This document shows, piece by piece, positions 57,513 through 61,233 of a stretch of 61,233 bases of DNA. How positions within the stretch are numbered: position 1 is the stretch's first letter; each line of letters begins with the position of its first letter. Source of the stretch: a virus (taxonomy: Duplodnaviria > Caudoviricetes); the IMG/VR virus record IMGVR_UViG_3300047550_005071, positions 1 through 61,233 of that record. One strand, 5' to 3'. The notes under the pieces are model-generated. The model did no database searches. It saw only the letters and a program-made list of their open reading frames with translations, and had not been told where the DNA came from. The position numbers were made by a program, and so were the translations under genes.

Positions 57513-59192
57513 TTATGACTCTTTACGAAGTTTACCATCATAATGCTCAAATCTGTCGTGTTCAGTTGGAGTCATCAATAATAAACCTGGATGTAATTCC
57601 CCTTTTTTAACAAGTTGGTACATGTGACTCATCCAAGTTTGTTCGAAAGGATGTGCCCAAGTAACGTCTAAAAACATTTTCTTGTTTCCTGGTTTTGAGA
57701 CAATTTGTGGCCAATTACAATAGTAAACTTCACCCGTTGCATATGGAACACCTCTGTGTGCTAAAATTTTATCGAAAGTGGTTTTGGGTGCATTTGGGTC
57801 TAACCCAATTTGAGGTAGTCTAGGTTTTCCTGGCCAAAATTCATCTCTGATGTTTTGGGGTACATTATACCACGACCATTGAGTACCGTTATCACCATAA
57901 AATTCAGAATAATTCATTTTAAGAAAATCAAAATTTTCTTTTTGCATTATTTCCAAAGACTTAACATATAAATTTTCTACGTATCTCATGAAACCATTTC
58001 TACACGTTGTTCCCTCGTTGGGATAGAAGAACATATCATCCTCGAAGAATAGGTAGAAATCTAAATCAGTTTTTTCGAAATGTTCCGCGATAAATTGTCT
58101 ACCACCACAAATCCCCAAGTTACCCTCCACAGGAACTATGTGTTCAAAGTCAAACTCCTCACACAAATCTTTATATTGATTATATGTTGAAATATCTGTA
58201 GAGTTATCTAACAAAAACTTTTTTGTTTTGTTAATATAATCTTTATCGTAAGCTATCATAGAATCAATTAGAGTTCTGAATTGATTGGGGCTATTGAATG
58301 TTATCACATACAAACCCACCTTGCTAGAGTCTAAATTATGTGAAACCTTTACTGTGTTTTCATTTTTTACTTGTAATCTATCTTCCTTTAAATCCTCAAA
58401 AAATTTACCAAGCAAACCATTACCCTCAATTTCAAAATAATTAATAATGTCGGAGTGTTTATAGGTCATTATACTAAAAATGGACTCTTCTGTACCCATA
58501 TAACCTTCTGATAAAGAAGTGTTCATCAACCCATAATAAATTGAATTTATTTCAGAGATTGTGTGTTTCGGACCTCCAAAAAACCCTCCTCTTGCTACTT
58601 TGGTTACTTTAGCACCTGATAATTCGTTCAACCTGTTATATTCAAATCCATGAATTTCTGTGTTAGCATCATAGGGAAAACATACAAATGTAAATTTGGA
58701 AATGTATTTGTCTAACTTATCTAAGACTTTATCATGAGTGAAATATCCAGGATGAACTGTATTAGTTAAACCCCCATCTATCCAAAACAAATATTCTGAA
58801 TTGAACTTGTCCATAATTTTGGCATCATGTAACAAGTATACTTTGGACATAACCAATGGATTATAATTTTCCAATCGAGCTTGGGTTGATTCTTTCAACC
58901 AACCAACTTGATTATACCACTCAGGGTTAGTCCTAATTTTTTGTATCATGTTGAAAAATTCGGAACCTGTAAACCAAGATAAATCCCTTCTTATAAATTG
59001 GGTGTTGGATATATCTCTCCTTGCATAAACAAACTTTTCCAGTTCTTCGTCACCGTATATAATTAGATTTGTATCAACCTCTAATAAACTTTCAAATTTG
59101 TCTAAGTAATGTTGATAGCTTCTTGACCAACCTTCGGTCAAATCAGACCTTCCAATATCCCAAATTCCTGTTACTAATGTAATCTTACTCAT
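57513..59192 (-). CDS. Two-domain glycosyltransferase: HtrL/YibB-like N-terminus plus GT2-like C-terminus
   Basis: ITLVTGIWDIGR...YL..F..LL...MSK...FWIDGG; VITFNS...LLDNS...NLGICGGR...FFEDD. Confidence 0.7.
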   Translation of the reverse strand: MSKITLVTGIWDIGRSDLTEGWSRSYQHYLDKFESLLEVDTNLIIYGDEELEKFVYARRDISNTQFIRRDLSWFTGSEFFNMIQKIRTNPEWYNQVGWLKESTQARLENYNPLVMSKVYLLHDAKIMDKFNSEYLFWIDGGLTNTVHPGYFTHDKVLDKLDKYISKFTFVCFPYDANTEIHGFEYNRLNELSGAKVTKVARGGFFGGPKHTISEINSIYYGLMNTSLSEGYMGTEESIFSIMTYKHSDIINYFEIEGNGLLGKFFEDLKEDRLQVKNENTVKVSHNLDSSKVGLYVITFNSPNQFRTLIDSMIAYDKDYINKTKKFLLDNSTDISTYNQYKDLCEEFDFEHIVPVEGNLGICGGRQFIAEHFEKTDLDFYLFFEDDMFFYPNEGTTCRNGFMRYVENLYVKSLEIMQKENFDFLKMNYSEFYGDNGTQWSWYNVPQNIRDEFWPGKPRLPQIGLDPNAPKTTFDKILAHRGVPYATGEVYYCNWPQIVSKPGNKKMFLDVTWAHPFEQTWMSHMYQLVKKGELHPGLLLMTPTEHDRFEHYDGKLRKES

Positions 59193-60069
59193 AAATGTTA
59201 TTTAATTCTTCAAGTATTCTATAAAAACTTTTATTTTGTTCAAATAATTGTGGAGAAACTCCCTGTGGGGCATTATCGGGACACCACCAAATATCAAAAT
59301 GTTTCCTTGCAAAAAGTTCATTATGATTTACATGCATCAAACTCATAATCAATTCTTCGTGAGGAAGACCCTCGTCTTCTGTAAGGATATTGCTCATATA
59401 AGTTTCAAAAAGGTTAACAATCTCACCCCACTTCTCTTTCTTACCCCCAAACATTCCACCAATGATGTGAATTGACCTATCGTAATTTGTATACCATTTT
59501 GGATTAACGGTTTGAGACCAAAAATTCCTTTCATTTTCTTTTCCAATCAAGAAAAATTTGTCCCCCGTAAAATTTATAAGATTTTGTAAAAAATTGTTAT
59601 TGAATAGGTTACTTTCATAAAAACTTTTCATGTAACTACTTTGGTCTAAGTATTTCACAGGTATCAGGCCGCAATGGGATAAACCCGCATCAATCCAATA
59701 ATAATTTTCATAAGAACCGTCTTCATTATACCACCAAGCAAATTTTGAATATTGGATTTCAATACATCTGTCCCCTTTTTTTATAAAATCAACATCTTTA
59801 CGAGAATTTATCAAGTCTTTATATTTGCAATTCCAAATATCATAAACAACAAACTTTAGTTGAGATTCAGAAACTTGATTGTCCCTGTAGAAAAATTCTT
59901 CCAATGATTGTAATTCTGTTTCAGAAGTATAACAAACAAAATCAGCATCAGTAATTTTCAATAAAGAAAGAAGGCTTAATCTATAATGATTATATCTTCC
60001 AGGTCTACCCCCAAGTTCAGTACCGTATAAGTCTGTATAAATACAAGTTATAAATTTAGTTTTTTTCAT
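59185..60069 (-). CDS. HtrL/YibB-like putative glycosyltransferase
   Basis: YSKF...YYWIDAG...IIGGMFGGK...HEELIMS; parallels the N-domain of the neighbouring gene. Confidence 0.65.
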   Translation of the reverse strand: MKKTKFITCIYTDLYGTELGGRPGRYNHYRLSLLSLLKITDADFVCYTSETELQSLEEFFYRDNQVSESQLKFVVYDIWNCKYKDLINSRKDVDFIKKGDRCIEIQYSKFAWWYNEDGSYENYYWIDAGLSHCGLIPVKYLDQSSYMKSFYESNLFNNNFLQNLINFTGDKFFLIGKENERNFWSQTVNPKWYTNYDRSIHIIGGMFGGKKEKWGEIVNLFETYMSNILTEDEGLPHEELIMSLMHVNHNELFARKHFDIWWCPDNAPQGVSPQLFEQNKSFYRILEELNNIYE

Positions 60070-60694
60070 CTAAAAATTCTTTTACATAATTAATAAAAAT
60101 AGATTGCGCTTCGGGTAGCCTTATTTGAAAACAATGAAAAGTTTTATTATCAAATGAGGTACCATTACCATATTCAAAAGCTTTGTAACGGTCATTACCT
60201 GCATATTTCCATTTTGGTTCTATTACACTAATAGGATAACTTAAGATTTGTTTATTACCTATTCTCAAATTTTCTTTAACGAAAACTTCACCGCAGTCAG
60301 CCTCTTTATGGTTCCCATTTTCGTCTGGATAATACATCCCTTCGAAATTTTTATGTGGAGATTTATCATAAAGTTTTCTTGTAAAAGAAACAAAGCTTGG
60401 TGCTGCATAAGGGTACGCGTTAGATACTTGAGCATTTCCGTATATTGTGGTATCATCAACTAAATCTATTACAGTTTGAAAAACTTTCCTATCTGTTGGG
60501 ATACAGTCTACATCAAATAACGTGACTATGTCCCAATCATTGTTGTCCAAAAATGATTTAATTGCGGCGCCATGAGTCCCTTCAAATTCGTGTTGAATTA
60601 ATTCTACTTCAATTTTATCAAACACTTTCTTCTGTAGTAATTTGATTTCGGGATTCAAATTTTTGTGGTAAAATGAAACTATTTGGTGATTCAT
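60056..60694 (-). CDS. Putative GT-A fold glycosyltransferase
   Basis: DxD motif LFDVDCIP; D.GE motif; located in the GT cluster. Confidence 0.55.
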   Translation of the reverse strand: MNHQIVSFYHKNLNPEIKLLQKKVFDKIEVELIQHEFEGTHGAAIKSFLDNNDWDIVTLFDVDCIPTDRKVFQTVIDLVDDTTIYGNAQVSNAYPYAAPSFVSFTRKLYDKSPHKNFEGMYYPDENGNHKEADCGEVFVKENLRIGNKQILSYPISVIEPKWKYAGNDRYKAFEYGNGTSFDNKTFHCFQIRLPEAQSIFINYVKEFLDEKN

Positions 60695-61233
60695 TAATAT
60701 TCAGTTTGTATCCAAGTTTCAGGTATCAAATCTTTCGTATCTAAATTTGAATATGAGAGACCGAACCATTGTTTATAGCTTGGTGAGTAAACCTTCTTGT
60801 TTTTATTTTTGTTTAACCAAGCGGCCCACCAACTGTATGTTGAATTACCAATCACATTATCTTTAGCTAAAGACATGAGAACAAAGGAATTCAAATCGTC
60901 ATTAAAATTAAATTGTGGAAATATAAATTTATCTCCTACAAAGTTTTGTTTAACCCATTCTACATCATCACTAAAAACATAAATGTTATTATAATCTTGT
61001 GAAATTCCTTCTAATATTTTCATATAATATGATATTGGAACTACAGGGTGATGGTTTGGTTGTCCTACATAATCCCCCCTTCTGATATGAATAGTCAAGG
61101 AATCCTTGATAGTTGGATATTTTTCAAAACACAGATTTATAACATCCTTTTTGAATTTAAATTGATTTCTGATTAAGTCTTCGCAATGTTTAAAAAAATT
61201 TTCAGATTGAAAATAACCAACAAGCTCTACGTC
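60694..61233 (-). CDS. Alpha-1,2-fucosyltransferase-like (GT11); 5' end beyond the right edge
   Basis: Frame open to 61233: GYFQSENFF, IHIRRGDY, VFSDD, NSTYSWWAAWL. Confidence 0.85.
   Translation of the reverse strand, partial: DVELVGYFQSENFFKHCEDLIRNQFKFKKDVINLCFEKYPTIKDSLTIHIRRGDYVGQPNHHPVVPISYYMKILEGISQDYNNIYVFSDDVEWVKQNFVGDKFIFPQFNFNDDLNSFVLMSLAKDNVIGNSTYSWWAAWLNKNKNKKVYSPSYKQWFGLSYSNLDTKDLIPETWIQTEY

Noticed and set aside
24436-57550. Longer upstream starts in the ORF track (25347, 48324, 48825, 57550)
   Set aside because: These extensions run through promoter motifs or overlap neighbouring genes; the downstream ATGs at 25293, 48297, 48873 and 57496 fit better
2133-60982. Numerous 60-120 aa ORFs nested antisense or out of frame within long genes
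   Set aside because: No recognisable motifs; expected shadows of long coding sequences
1-61233. Stop-codon reassignment (TAG appears very rarely as a stop)
   Set aside because: All large genes are intact under code 11 with no in-frame TAG or TGA; only the TAG at 41509-41511 could be read through, and a frameshift explains it more simply
1-61233. tRNA or rRNA genes
   Set aside because: Intergenic gaps are short (at most about 135 nt) and none shows a cloverleaf with a T-loop GTTC motif

Overview
AT-rich, densely coding 61-kb segment of a large T4-like (contractile-tailed) bacteriophage genome. The host is probably Bacteroidota, inferred from SprB-like repeats, a carboxypeptidase-regulatory-like domain, A-rich starts without Shine-Dalgarno sites and an SSB tail ending in DLPF. 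Most genes are on the minus strand. From right to left: a glycosyltransferase cluster (GT11, DxD GT-A, two HtrL/YibB-like), family B DNA polymerase, and a plus-strand block (SET-domain protein, SNF2 helicase, SOD fused to a nuclease-like domain, gp13 neck). Next come neck and tail genes (gp14, gp15-like, sheath, tube, gp26-like chaperone, tape measure), very large baseplate proteins, and an embedded replication block (gp32-like SSB, UvsX/RecA, 5'-3' exonuclease, DnaB-like helicase, class II RNR). The left end holds wedge and fibre/adhesin genes, finishing with a Pro/Thr mucin-like protein. Highlights not in the ORF track: (1) a likely programmed +1/-2 frameshift at UUU_UUU_CGU in the tail chaperone gene; (2) a TATTTAT motif on the coding strand upstream of 15 genes; (3) an unannotated ribbon-helix-helix gene divergent from the sheath gene; (4) candidate prohead-protease-cleaved propeptides on cargo enzymes such as the SOD-nuclease fusion; (5) a structured leader before the polymerase gene. 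All family calls come from motif recognition by eye, not from database searches.
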